A stretch of 63,622 nucleotides of DNA, filler included, from Octopus bimaculoides (lineage: Eukaryota): the NCBI RefSeq assembly GCF_001194135.2. It is 4 parts of 4 records of this genome, joined end to end, with 100 filler letters (N's around TTAATTAATTAA, not from the genome) between each part and the next. Parts side by side here need not be neighbours in the genome. Positions count along the whole stretch, not along the records: positions 1 to 26,239 come from NC_068995.1; 3 more parts are not named here. One strand, given 5' to 3'. The notes under the pieces were generated by a model. It was not told where the DNA came from and ran no database searches. It saw only the letters and a list, made by a program, of their open reading frames with translations. The position numbers were made by a program, and so were the translations under genes. Shown here in pieces: positions 13,044 to 25,641 of this stretch (within the stretch, counting starts at the first letter, position 1; each line of letters begins with the position of its first letter).

Positions 13044-13961
13044 NNNNNNNNNNNNNNNNNNNNNNNNNNNNNNNNNNNNNNNNNNNNNNNNNNNNNNNNN
13101 NNNNNNNNNNNNNNNNNNNNNNNNNNNNNNNNNNNNNNNNNNNNNNNNNNNNNNNNNNNNNNNNNNNNNNNNNNNNNNNNNNNNNNNNNNNNNNNNNNNN
13201 NNNNNNNNNNNNNNNNNNNNNNNNNNNNNNNNNNNNNNNNNNNNNNNNNNNNNNNNNNNNNNNNNNNNNNNNNNNNNNNNNNNNNNNNNNNNNNNNNNNN
13301 NNNNNNNNNNNNNNNNNNNNNNNNNNNNNNNNNNNNNNNNNNNNNNNNNNNNNNNNNNNNNNNTATATATATATATATATATATATTTGCAGGTATGTGT
13401 GTGTTCGTTGCCTATTAAGCAGCACACGTGTCTCGTCGAATCAAGAAGGGAAAAAGCGTTGTTAGCACGGTACAGTGATGATTTAAGCGACATTTCTGTT
13501 GACACCCATCATCGTCCAGTCATCCAGAGAAAAGGACAACCACGATATTTCCAGATCATATATGGTCCTTCAAAGACAGTAAAATCAAATGTGGCATCAA
13601 ATCTTGAACACTCAAAAAGCCAACCGTATATATGGATGAACAAAGCAGTGGAGAATATCTCCAATCAAAGAGAGCACACATTTTAAGCAATTTCTATACC
13701 TGCCTCAACTATAAAAGTGAAATTTTCACAAAATACCCTCACAGAAGCTATAAATGAAATGAAAAATGAGTGAAGTGTCAGTAGCAAGTATTTGAACAAC
13801 GACGACGCATAAACGTCTATTAAATAAGATACAAGATAAATCCTGGCTACATTGCATTGAGATTATCTGTTTCGTGGGAGGCTTTCTGCTTATGTGAAGA
13901 CGTGAATGCCACTAAATGAACTGACGTGTATCGCTGTTGTTGTTGTAGTCGATGAAGACGT

Positions 13962-13996
<35 letters not shown>

Positions 13997-14060
13997 AGCA
14001 GAAAAACGGTGAGGAGCAGAAGATGGACGATGATATAGAAATCTATGACGCTTTTGCAAT

Positions 14061-14154
14061 AGGCGTAGGAGTGGCTGTGTGGTAAGTAGCTTGCTTACCA
14101 ACCACATGGTTCCGGGTTCAGTCCCACTGCATGGCACCGTGGGCAAGTGTCTTC

Positions 14155-14200
<46 letters not shown>

Positions 14201-14413
14201 TTGTGTGTATGTGTTTGTGTGTCTGTGTTTGTCCCCCCCCCTAACATCGCTTGACAACCGATGCTGGTGTGTTTACGTCCCCGTAACCTAGCGGTTCGGC
14301 AAAATGAGACCGATTGAATAAGTACTAGGCTTACAAAGAATAAGTCCTGAGGTCGATTTGCTCGACTAAAGGCGATGCTCCAGCATGACCACAGTCAAAT
14401 GACTGAAACAAGT
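14061..14413 (+). mobile_element. SINE family A with internal deletion
   Basis: Head aggcgtaggagtggctgtgtggtaag; runs from cttctactat directly into (TA)n, lacking the ~60-nt segment present in the 38596 copy. Confidence 0.9.
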
Positions 14414-15005
14414 CATAGGTTGTTAGTATAATGTCCTTCCTTCGTTTAAACATAGCGACAATGACAAAAACAACAACAACAAAAGCACGAGGGAATTTGG
14501 TCACCAGATGTATTCATTTATTTATTTATTTATTTATTTATTTATTGACATGCGCACTTGAAGTGGCATTTCTGCAACTACGTCCGTGCTTAGGCTGTGT
14601 CAGGGTGTAACTCACAACAACAGCAACAACAACGGGTGTTTTCTACTTCCGGCTGGAACGGTGAAAGTCCAGTCGTAGTCACCTACCGACCCTCACCCTC
14701 AACTCCCATTCGCTCCATCTCACTCCTCCTTCTTCCTCACCTCGTATTCCTCCTCCTGATACTCTTCCTCCCTTCTTCCTCCTCCCTTCTCTCCAGACAC
14801 TGTGTCTAGACACACGGCGACACCCAACGCGGACTATCACCTGCTAACATCAGGCATCAACAAATTGGAATCACCTTGTTTGCTCTGTTTCTCTTGCTTA
14901 CATTCTCACACCAGCCCCGTGTCACGCACCTTCCCCGCCTCTGGCTAACCCTCAGCTCATATATGTCCTCGTATGTATGTATATATGTATGTATGTATGT
15001 ATGTG

Positions 15006-15062
<57 letters not shown>

Positions 15063-15781
15063 GTACCTTTTAAAAAAAAGCCTGAGGTGACCGTGGTCTT
15101 TTCCGTAGGCTCTTCTCTCCACGGATAAACCTAATCTGTTCCCCGTTTTTTTTACATTGACTGTGNNNNNNNNNNNNNNNNNNNNNNNNNNNNNNNNNNN
15201 NNNNNNNNNNNNNNNNNNNNNNNNNNNNNNNNNNNNNNNNNNNNNNNNNNNNNNNNNNNNNNNNNNNNNNNNNNNNNNNNNNNNNNNNNNNNNNNNNNNN
15301 NNNNNNNNNNNNNNNNNNNNNNNNNNNNNNNNNNNNNNNNNNNNNNNNNNNNNNNNNNNNNNNNNNNNNNNNNNNNNNNNNNNNNNNNNNNNNNNNNNNN
15401 NNNNNNNNNNNNNNNNNNNNNNNNNNNNNNNNNNNNNNNNNNNNNNNNNNNNNNNNNNNNNNNNNNNNNNNNNNNNNNNNNNNNNNNNNNNNNNNNNNNN
15501 NNNNNNNNNNNNNNNNNNNNNNNNNNNNNNNNNNNNNNNNNNNNNNNNNNNNNNNNNNNNNNNNNNNNNNNNNNNNNNNNNNNNNNNNNNNNNNNNNNNN
15601 NNNNNNNNNNNNNNNNNNNNNNNNNNNNNNNNNNNNNNNNNNNNNNNNNNNNNNNNNNNNNNNNNNNNNNNNNNNNNNNNNNNNNNNNNNNNNNNNNNNN
15701 NNNNNNNNNNNNNNNNNNNNNNNNNNNNNNNNNNNNNNNNNNNNNNNNNNNNNNNNNNNNNNNNNNNNNNNNNNNNNNNNN

Positions 15782-15825
<44 letters not shown>

Positions 15826-16125
15826 GTTTATCAATTCTTTTTGCAAGATTCCTGATATGAAATCGTGTGTTGAAATAGATATAGTTGTACTGGTCATTTC
15901 ATTTATTATTTTGGGCAAGAAACAATAATAATATAATAATAATAAATGAAATGACCATCCTGAAGTACAGCAATATTTATATGTGTGTGTGTGTATATAT
16001 ATGCGTATATGTATATATGCGCATATATGCGCTTATATACGTTTGCATAAATATGAAAAAAAAAAACGTATCAATAAACATTTTTCATCTTTAGACTCAA
16101 ACATAAATCCAATAGTACGTCCTTA

Positions 16126-16310
16126 TCTAGCAAGATTTGGGAACTGAGTGAAAGAGGGATCGAATTTAGCCTTAAATGGGATATAACACGGAGAGCGCAC
16201 GTTATAGAGATAGGCGATATGGATGTGAACTGAGATTTTTAAGTATAGGGACAAGGACAACCTGATTAATAATAGATTAGACCCAAGGATATCATGCATG
16301 CATAGCGTCA
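16126..16310 (+). mobile_element. Penelope-like element remnant, C-terminus of the GIY-YIG endonuclease
   Basis: SKIWELSERGIEFSLKWDITRRAH, then in another frame EIFKYRDKDNLINNRLDPRISCMH, resembling PLE IWELK-x-KW-I and LLNxRxE-x-CxH. Confidence 0.6.
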
Positions 16311-18858
16311 CCCATACATTTAAGTATTTTCGAAACTAACTATTATAGGTGCCATACTTTAACTTTGATGGTGGAAATTAATTTTGGTGTCGTATACGTT
16401 GTAAACTTACCATCCAGTATTAAATATAATAAAATTAGCTTATGTGGTGAATTAAATTGCATTGCATAGGTCATAAGCTATATGGTATATATATATATAT
16501 ATATATATATATNNNNNNNNNNNNNNNNNNNNNNNNNNNNNNNNNNNNNNNNNNNNNNNNNNNNNNNNNNNNNNNNNNNNNNNNNNNNNNNNNNNNNNNN
16601 NNNNNNNNNNNNNNNNNNNNNNNNNNNNNNNNNNNNNNNNNNNNNNNNNNNNNNNNNNNNNNNNNNNNNNNNNNNNNNNNNNNNNNNNNNNNNNNNNNNN
16701 NNNNNNNNNNNNNNNNNNNNNNNNNNNNNNNNNNNNNNNNNNNNNNNNNNNNNNNNNNNNNNNNNNNNNNNNNNNNNNNNNNNNNNNNNNNNNNNNNNNN
16801 NNNNNNNNNNNNNNNNNNNNNNNNNNNNNNNNNNNNNNNNNNNNNNNNNNNNNNNNNNNNNNNNNNNNNNNNNNNNNNNNNNNNNNNNNNNNNNNNNNNN
16901 NNNNNNNNNNNNNNNNNNNNNNNNNNNNNNNNNNNNNNNNNNNNNNNNNNNNNNNNNNNNNNNNNNNNNNNNNNNNNNNNNNNNNNNNNNNNNNNNNNNN
17001 NNNNNNNNNNNNNNNNNNNNNNNNNNNNNNNNNNNNNNNNNNNNNNNNNNNNNNNNNNNNNNNNNNNNNNNNNNNNNNNNNNNNNNNNNNNNNNNNNNNN
17101 NNNNNNNNNNNNNNNNNNNNNNNNNNNNNNNNNNNNNNNNNNNNNNNNNNNNNNNNNNNNNNNNNNNNNNNNNNNNNNNNNNNNNNNNNNNNNNNNNNNN
17201 NNNNNNNNNNNNNNNNATATATATATATATATATATACATATATACATACATATATAATAATATATATGTATGATTATATGGGTAAAGGCAAAGATGTAG
17301 CTGTGTGGCAAGAAGGTTGCTTGCCGACCATATAATACAGAATACTAACGAGAGAATGCATAGTTACTTAACTCGACACCTGTTTTTGAATGCTCGGAAT
17401 TACGTAATAATCATGATGTTCATAATTAGCAGATGGAATATGCATAAGCTTATGGATATGCAACTAGTAAATGGTTTCCGTGACATAATACCATATGACA
17501 GGCTATCTTGTGTATGAATGTGAGTGTGTGTGTATGTGTGGTGTATGTGTGAGTGCGTATGTGTGTCAGAGTGAGGTGGGGAGACACATGTAGTATGAAT
17601 ATGTGGTTAGGAATTTTCTTCGTTCACTACTGCAAATAAAACAAGAGTTTTGGCAATGTCAGCGGGTTGATGAATAACTGTTGAGTGAAATTCACTGCAT
17701 CAGAAACATAGGTGCGCTCTGATGATACGCATCTGCCAGACCTTGGTGCAGGTTTGAAGAAGTGCCACTCCAATGTTAAAAACTGCAAATATTAAGTAAA
17801 TCTTCTCTTGAAACTTTTGCGTGAACTGGCGTCAAAAGCAGAGTTGGTACAGAAACAATTGTAACTAATCATTAAAGATGTGTAAAATCGTTTTATTTGT
17901 ATTATATACATATATTTAGTACATTTTGTACATATGTTTAACTGTATGTCAGCTACTGGTCAATTTAGAGTACCACACAGATTATCACCATCCAGTCTGA
18001 TTCCAGTATAATGGTTGGGTTACTACTGTAGCTTAGTATATGTCTGTTTATGGCGTGGAGAACAAATGTAGGAGAAATTATGATAAACACAGCTTTATGT
18101 TATTTGGTGCCCCGATGATTCCTTGGGGATTCTTAGCAAGTGATTGTACACGAAATATTCAATGCTGAGGTTGCGAATATCCAGAAAGGCGAAACGTACG
18201 TAGAGCACAAAAGGTATAAAGATGTTTATCAGAATATATCATCTGCGCGTGAGTATGTGATTGTGTGTGTGTGTGTGTGTGTGTGTATTTGTGTGTGTGT
18301 GTATTTTTGTGTGTGTGCATGTGTGTNNNNNNNNNNNNNNNNNNNNNNNNNNNNNNNNNNNNNNNNNNNNNNNNNNNNNNNNNNNNNNNNNNNNNNNNNN
18401 NNNNNNNNNNNNNNNNNNNNNNNNNNNNNNNNNNNNNNNNNNNNNNNNNNNNNNNNNNNNNNNNNNNNNNNNNNNNNNNNNNNNNNNNNNNNNNNNNNNN
18501 NNNNNNNNNNNNNNNNNNNNNNNNNNNNNNNNNNNNNNNNNNNNNNNNNNNNNNNNNNNNNNNNNNNNNNNNNNNNNNNNNNNNNNNNNNNNNNNNNNNN
18601 NNNNNNNNNNNNNNNNNNNNNNNNNNNNNNNNNNNNNNNNNNNNNNNNNNNNNNNNNNNNNNNNNNNNNNNNNNNNNNNNNNNNNNNNNNNNNNNNNNNN
18701 NNNNNNTCACACACTACCACCAAAACCATCAATGTCGCCAGCAGCTTGTATTTATACACAGACACCACCGCCAACAACTTCCATCACCAACACCACTACC
18801 ACTACCACCACCAGCACCACTACTAACAGCACAAATTAACAGACACACACACACACAT

Positions 18859-18901
<43 letters not shown>

Positions 18902-19297
18902 CACAGACGTACACATACATGTACATACACACAGACGTCTAATGTATGCACAATGACAACAGGCGTTAATGGCTGCCATCACGCGTGGAGATTAGAGGCT
19001 GTGACAAGCATGGCGCGAATCAATCTTAACTAGAACACCTCTATGTTTACACACACGCGCTCGCGCACAACCACCAACCCACCCATATATATGTATATAC
19101 ATACACACATATACATAAACATACATATGAGCTATGTATGTGCACATGTATATGTATGTATGAATATATAGATATGTATATATATATTTATACGCACATA
19201 CATATGTATGTATATACATACATACATACATACATACACACACACACATATATATATACATCTATTTTCGTACACTGATATAAATATACATGCCTAC

Positions 19298-19345
19298 CTA
19301 TGATAATTTATATTTACTTATATGTGTATGTGTGTACATATGTGC

Positions 19346-19412
<67 letters not shown>

Positions 19413-19450
19413 CGTATGTATGTATGCATATGTATATATATGTATATGTG

Positions 19451-19499
<49 letters not shown>

Positions 19500-19631
19500 G
19501 TATGTATACACACACACAGACATACACACACACAGACACACACACACACACACACACGAGGATATACATATCTATGCATACACACTCATACATAGACGTG
19601 TGTGCGTATATTGTCTGTTGGATAGCGAGAC

Positions 19632-19680
<49 letters not shown>

Positions 19681-19682
19681 GA
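19298..19682. repeat. Compound (TA)n/(TG)n/(CA)n/(GATA)n microsatellite
   Basis: Seen directly. Confidence 0.95.
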
Positions 19683-20977
19683 AAGAATCTATGTGAGTGC
19701 CTATCTCTTCATCCCCCTTTTACTTATGAAGGACAACTTTACATGACATCTTTGGCAGATTGAGAAAGAAATTTATATACAAACAAAACCTAGTGAAGTT
19801 ATTGTTCTTGTTGTTGTTGCTGTCGTCGTTGTTAGTACTAGTTGTGGTAGTAGTAGTAACAGTTGTTGTAATAGTAATCGTAGTAGCAGTGTGGGCGTTG
19901 CTGATGATGTTTGTATCCACGGTGATGGGAATGCTGATAACTGTGGTGATCGTAGTTGTAAATGTTAGCGTTGATGCTAATCTCGAAGACGTTTTATCAA
20001 AATCTTTTGATATGCTTTTATATGCCTGACGGTCTGCCTTCGTTTACCTCAATTTCTGATAAACATTCGATATCACATCATCAGATCTTTTGATATTTTT
20101 TGCTTTAAAACCATTCAATGGTCAATGTCGGTTTTGATTAATTGAACGGACCACCTCCACCTATTTCTTTTTTTTTTTACTTTTTTTATATTGTTTATTT
20201 TTCTTCCTACAATAAGGAGCCTCGAAGCGCCAACTTTTATCCCCTTTATACAGAAACATATCTTGTTGCAAAATGGCCGCTGTCTAATAACTAAAAGCGG
20301 CAAAAGAGAAAATTAAATACAATATTCTTCGAAAATATTGCCTGTATAAATTTCTAGATCGTCCACTTAGAATTTACAGGTTACAGTGGAGTGGCTTTTG
20401 TAGACCCTGAATTGGATTTCCGTAAATAAAATGGTAGTTGATGATTTACTGCCAAAATATGTAAAATCATTGACAAACTGATGTCTTATAATTTTCTTTT
20501 AGAATTATAGAATTAAGCTCATTCAGTAAAGTAGCGTGTTCTAAAACCTCGATCAGAGATGCAAGCAATAGTCCTACTGACAAGTAACGGTTGTTTCTAC
20601 CTCGGCGAGGTTGTTCCATACAGAATTTTGTTATTGCTCTTTTTAACCCCAGGAGGACATCTCCTACAGCTTATTAACCAGTACCGACGAAGGGTTATAT
20701 TTAGAATGTTGTTCGTTATAGCAGGTCAGAGAGCGACCATTGGCCTCGTGCCTATAAAACACTTATCTGTATATGGATTGATCAATAAATATCCGGATTG
20801 TTGTCATAGTAACGAGGCTAAAGCACGCAGAGTGAAGCCGCTTGACTCAAATTGACCCTGATCTCTGATTTACAGGCGCCCTGAGTTTTAACGTCTTAGC
20901 TCACTTCTGCTGTTTACAGCAGTGCTTAGAAGTAACGTGTGTAGCGTGTGATCGTTGCATTGAACATAACAGAGAAA

Positions 20978-21345
20978 GTTGAGCGGAGACGCTGCATCAA
21001 ATTTTACCAAAAGCTTGGCGATACCTGCTTAGTTTTTGTCGTTCTCAACACAATCAAGGAAATTTTGTACAACTGAAACCCCACTGTCGTCGTTTTGGTC
21101 AGCTGAAAGCAGTTTTGGCACAAACTTGGCAGACACACGTCTTACTCACAAATCTTCAGTGATAATGGACTGAACTGAACCTTAACTAATCTGCACATCC
21201 TCTGATAACTAATGGATTTCCCCCTCATGGCTACACGCACATCAGCGATGTTTTTCTCTGTTCTGCTGGTTGCGTGTCTCCCAGAACGTTCGTGAATATC
21301 GACATGTTTTCGGTCATCTTGGAAACGTCTAAACCAATTGTACAC
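20978..21345. mobile_element. Mariner transposase remnant, internally inverted
   Basis: Plus strand 20978-21030 VERRRCIKFYQKLGDTC (mariner N-terminal HTH); minus strand 21345-21031 VYNWFRRFQDDRKHVDIHERSGRHATSRTEKNIA...RVSAKFVPKLLSADQ. Confidence 0.85.
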
Positions 21346-21520
21346 TTCTATATTTAAGAGATGAGGAATTATTTACATTATTTACATTATTTACATTTGA
21401 CGGATATTCGTCCTCATCTTGTTTGTTGTTAACACAACGTTTCGGCTGATATACCCTCCAGCCTTCGTCAGATGTCTTGGGGAAATTTCGAACCTGGGTT
21501 CTCATTCCTATCGATGTTAC

Positions 21521-21589
<69 letters not shown>

Positions 21590-21665
21590 TATTATTATTA
21601 TTACTATTATTAATCAGGTCGCTGCCGTGAATCGAACTCGGAACCTTGGGGTTAGTAGTACACTC
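21346..21665 (-). mobile_element. tRNA-headed SINE-like element with internal (TAA)n and a hammerhead-like 3' region
   Basis: B-box GTTCGATTC (21629-21637, minus), (TAA)n 21521-21612, CTGACGA...GAAAC motif 21431-21477, (AATGTAAAT)x3 tail; the 5' part of the head is lost in the gap. Confidence 0.7.
21431..21477 (-). ncRNA. Candidate minimal type I hammerhead ribozyme
   Basis: gacat-CTGACGA-a-ggctg(gagggtatat)cagcc-GAAAC-GT-T-gtgtt: intact core, 5-bp stem II, palindromic ACGT stem III, stem I gacat/gtgtt with two G-U pairs. Confidence 0.5.
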
Positions 21666-22265
21666 NNNNNNNNNNNNNNNNNNNNNNNNNNNNNNNNNNN
21701 NNNNNNNNNNNNNNNNNNNNNNNNNNNNNNNNNNNNNNNNNNNNNNNNNNNNNNNNNNNNNNNNNNNNNNNNNNNNNNNNNNNNNNNNNNNNNNNNNNNN
21801 NNNNNNNNNNNNNNNNNNNNNNNNNNNNNNNNNNNNNNNNNNNNNNNNNNNNNNNNNNNNNNNNNNNNNNNNNNNNNNNNNNNNNNNNNNNNNNNNNNNN
21901 NNNNNNNNNNNNNNNNNNNNNNNNNNNNNNNNNNNNNNNNNNNNNNNNNNNNNNNNNNNNNNNNNNNNNNNNNNNNNNNNNNNNNNNNNNNNNNNNNNNN
22001 NNNNNNNNNNNNNNNNNNNNNNNNNNNNNNNNNNNNNNNNNNNNNNNNNNNNNNNNNNNNNNNNNNNNNNNNNNNNNNNNNNNNNNNNNNNNNNNNNNNN
22101 NNNNNNNNNNNNNNNNNNNNNNNNNNNNNNNNNNNNNNNNNNNNNNNNNNNNNNNNNNNNNNNNNNNNNNNNNNNNNNNNNNNNNNNNNNNNNNNNNNNN
22201 NNNNNNNNNNNNNNNNNNNNNNNNNNNNNNNNNNNNNNNNNNNNNNNNNNNNNNNNNNNNNNNNN

Positions 22266-22306
<41 letters not shown>

Positions 22307-23221
22307 TCAACCACGCACTTGAGACCCACAAACATGTGTACGTATCCACGACGTCCTAAACAAAATTGGAATTTCTTTCCCCTTTCTTCTCTTTGTAATA
22401 AAATGACGATTCAGTTGAACAATGAATTAATCCGGTCGGTTTTCAGTCTCCAAAACAAACGCTGTCTTTTGCCCTCTTCACATGTCTTACTGTTTGACAG
22501 TAGCCTTCTTTTTAAAATAATAGAGAGTGAGAAATAGAGCGGAGTAAAAAGGGAGGCAGAAAAAGACATCAGAGAAATGGTAAAGTCACCTTGCTAAAGT
22601 AGGTAAACTTTGGCATATTGTGAAATCTAATGTTCACCCACCTGTCTAATTACTTATTTATTCACTCATTCACAAAGACAAACAGACACACAGACAGACA
22701 TTTAGTCGTTGTCTTCGCAAGTCTTGCAAATCTTGCGTCTAGTTTCTGAGATTGTTCTCGTGTAAGGTCCTGCTCGGGAACGAACGAACACGCAAACCAA
22801 ACATATATTCGTGTACAGACACACACAGTCCTCTATTCACAGGCACAGTTCAATATACTTATAGCTATGCATGGATGCAGGCATCCATATATGGTTTAAT
22901 TATGGATCTAGCTAAAGCCAGTTCGTCTCTCTCTCTCGCTTTTTCCTTCTCTTTCACTTTCACTCTCTCTGTGTATATGTATATCTATATGATCATCTGA
23001 TATATACAGTATTTAAATATGAACCACTTATAGTTTCATACCGTGCAAACATGCTGAATCTGCAGATATATAAAGTACCTTGTGGCTCCAAGCAATCCTT
23101 CTGCCTCAGTGCACATATTTGTATGCATGTGCGTGTGTATGCCTATATACATATGTATGTAAGTTTATATGTATTCATACACAAGACACGCATCATTATA
23201 TATACACACACACATACAAAA

Positions 23222-23256
<35 letters not shown>

Positions 23257-23389
23257 NNNNNNNNNNNNNNNNNNNNNNNNNNNNNNNNNNNNNNNNNNNN
23301 NNNNNNNNNNNNNNNNNNNNNNNNNNNNNNNNNNNNNNNNNNNNNNNNNNNNNNNNNNNNNNNNNNNNNNNNNNNNNNNNNNNNNNNNN

Positions 23390-23635
23390 TATATATGTGT
23401 GTGTGTGTGTGTGTGTATGTTTATGTGTGTGTGCTTGTCCCCCCAACATCACTTGACAACCGATGCTGGTGTGTTTACGTCCCCGTAACTTAGCAGTTCG
23501 GCAAAAGAGACCGATAGAATAAGTACTCGGCTTACAAAGAATAAGTCCTGGGGTCGATTTTCTCGACTAAAGGCGGTGCTTCAGCATGGCCGCAGTCAAA
23601 TGACTGAAACAAGTAAAAGAGTAAAAGAGTAAAGA
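23390..23635 (+). mobile_element. SINE family A, 3' half
   Basis: Near-identical to the 3' half of 38596-38995, ending in (AAAGAGTA)n. Confidence 0.88.
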
Positions 23636-25009
23636 GTAACAGCCTTGTTGAGTTAACGAGATATATAGGTCATTACTCAACCTGCTAAAATAGAAATTAA
23701 ATATCTCAAATCATTTCCTACTTTCTTTGACTCTACGTCTAAGATGTAAAATGAGAGCATAGCTGCGACTCTCAATTCTTTGACTATAAATTCCCTCCAT
23801 CATGACTGACCTTGGGTTAAAAGCTTTAGCAGCGACATCAACTATTGGAACAACAATGCGTGTCGTGTTTATTTTTATGTCTGTGCACGTATAGACAGGA
23901 TCGTTCCATTATATTTCAACATGAGCATCTGTTTATTATGGATACCTGCTTAAACAATGAAATACCTTGTGATCTTGGAAACATTGGACTGGGATGAATT
24001 GAAACTAAAACAGCAGCAGCGACAACAGCAACAACGACAAGTAAATTAAACAACTTTCATCCGTTGAGTGGAAAAAAAGAACTGACATTAATAAGAATTG
24101 TAAAAGAAAATAGTGTTGAGGGCATCTTAAGTTATATATTCGGCGACATTTATACAAACAGGGCGACAGTGAGAAAAGCAGGTTGACACTGTGGACATAA
24201 CTGTAAATCTAAGGAAATGGCTGACTTCTAGACTTTTCCACGAACTGACAGTGAAAAAAGATGGAGTGAAGGCGAAGAGAGTGAAAGGTACAAAAGAATT
24301 TAGGAAGCTATTCAGAGGAAAAGAAAAAGAGAGACGAAGAGAGAGAGAGAGGGAGAGGTAGAGAGGGAAATATAGACAAAAGAAGTGGTTTTATATATAT
24401 ATATATNNNNNNNNNNNNNNNNNNNNNNNNNNNNNNNNNNNNNNNNNNNNNNNNNNNNNNNNNNNNNNNNNNNNNNNNNNNNNNNNNNNNNNNNNNNNNN
24501 NNNNNNNNNNNNNNNNNNNNNNNNNNNNNNNNNNNNNNNNNNNNNNNNNNNNNNNNNNNNNNNNNNNNNNNNNNNNNNNNNNNNNNNNNNNNNNNNNNNN
24601 NNNNNNNNNNNNNNNNNNNNNNNNNNNNNNNNNNNNNNNNNNNNNNNNNNNNNNNNNNNNNNNNNNNNNNNNNNNNNNNNNNNNNNNNNNNNNNNNNNNN
24701 NNNNNNNNNNNNNNNNNNNNNNNNNNNNNNNNNNNNNNNNNNNNNNNNNNNNNNNNNNNNNNNNNNNNNNNNNNNNNNNNNNNNNNNNNNNNNNNNNNNN
24801 NNNNNNNNNNNNNNNNNNNNNNNNNNNNNNNNNNNNNNNNNNNNNNNNNNNNNNNNNNNNNNNNNNNNNNNNNNNNNNNNNNNNNNNNNNNNNNNNNNNN
24901 NNNNNNNNNNNNNNNNNNNNNNNNNNNNNNNNNNNNNNNNNNNNNNNNNNNNNNNNNNNNNNNNNNNNNNNNNNNNNNNNNNNNNNNNNNNNNNNNNNNN
25001 NNNNNNNNN

Positions 25010-25348
25010 TATTATTATTATTATTTTACCTTTCCCCTGCATCTTCGTTACAATCACTTGCCGAGACACACCCAGCGTCCTAGGGCAAGTGAAGAATAAG
25101 AGGTTACAGTATGACTGAAAACTTGGGAAAAAAATTTAAATGGAAAGGATTTTTCTAAGGATGTGGGCAGTATTTGTCAGCTCAATCTTTCAGATTTCTC
25201 TGAGACATGGTTCTCCTGGGATCTTATCTCGATGTTTCTGACATCCCTTTTTTATCATACCTAGGGCACCTACAATAACAGGAACAGTTCTCGCTTTAAG
25301 ATGTCACATCTTTTGTATCTCAGTTTCCAGGTCCTTATATTTACTTAA
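25010..25348 (-). mobile_element. 3' end of an R4/Dong-like non-LTR retrotransposon ending in (TAA)n
   Basis: LSKYKDLETEIQKM*HLKARTVPVIVGALGMIKKGCQKHRDKIPGEPCLREI*KIELTNTAHILRKILSI*, then a ~110-nt UTR and (TAA)n. Confidence 0.85.
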
Positions 25349-25389
25349 TTTGTCACAGACATACTTTTATCAGTGGGATCACTTACATC

Positions 25390-25453
<64 letters not shown>

Positions 25454-25585
25454 NNNNNNNNNNNNNNNNNNNNNNNNNNNNNNNNNNNNNNNNNNNNNNN
25501 NNNNNNNNNNNNNNNNNNNNNNNNNNNNNNNNNNNNNNNNNNNNNNNNNNNNNNNNNNNNNNNNNNNNNNNNNNNNNNNNNNNNN

Positions 25586-25641
<56 letters not shown>

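Noticed and set aside
13387-13686. 99-aa ORF with RYSDDL resembling the RT YADD motif
   Set aside because: No other RT motifs up- or downstream; likely chance.
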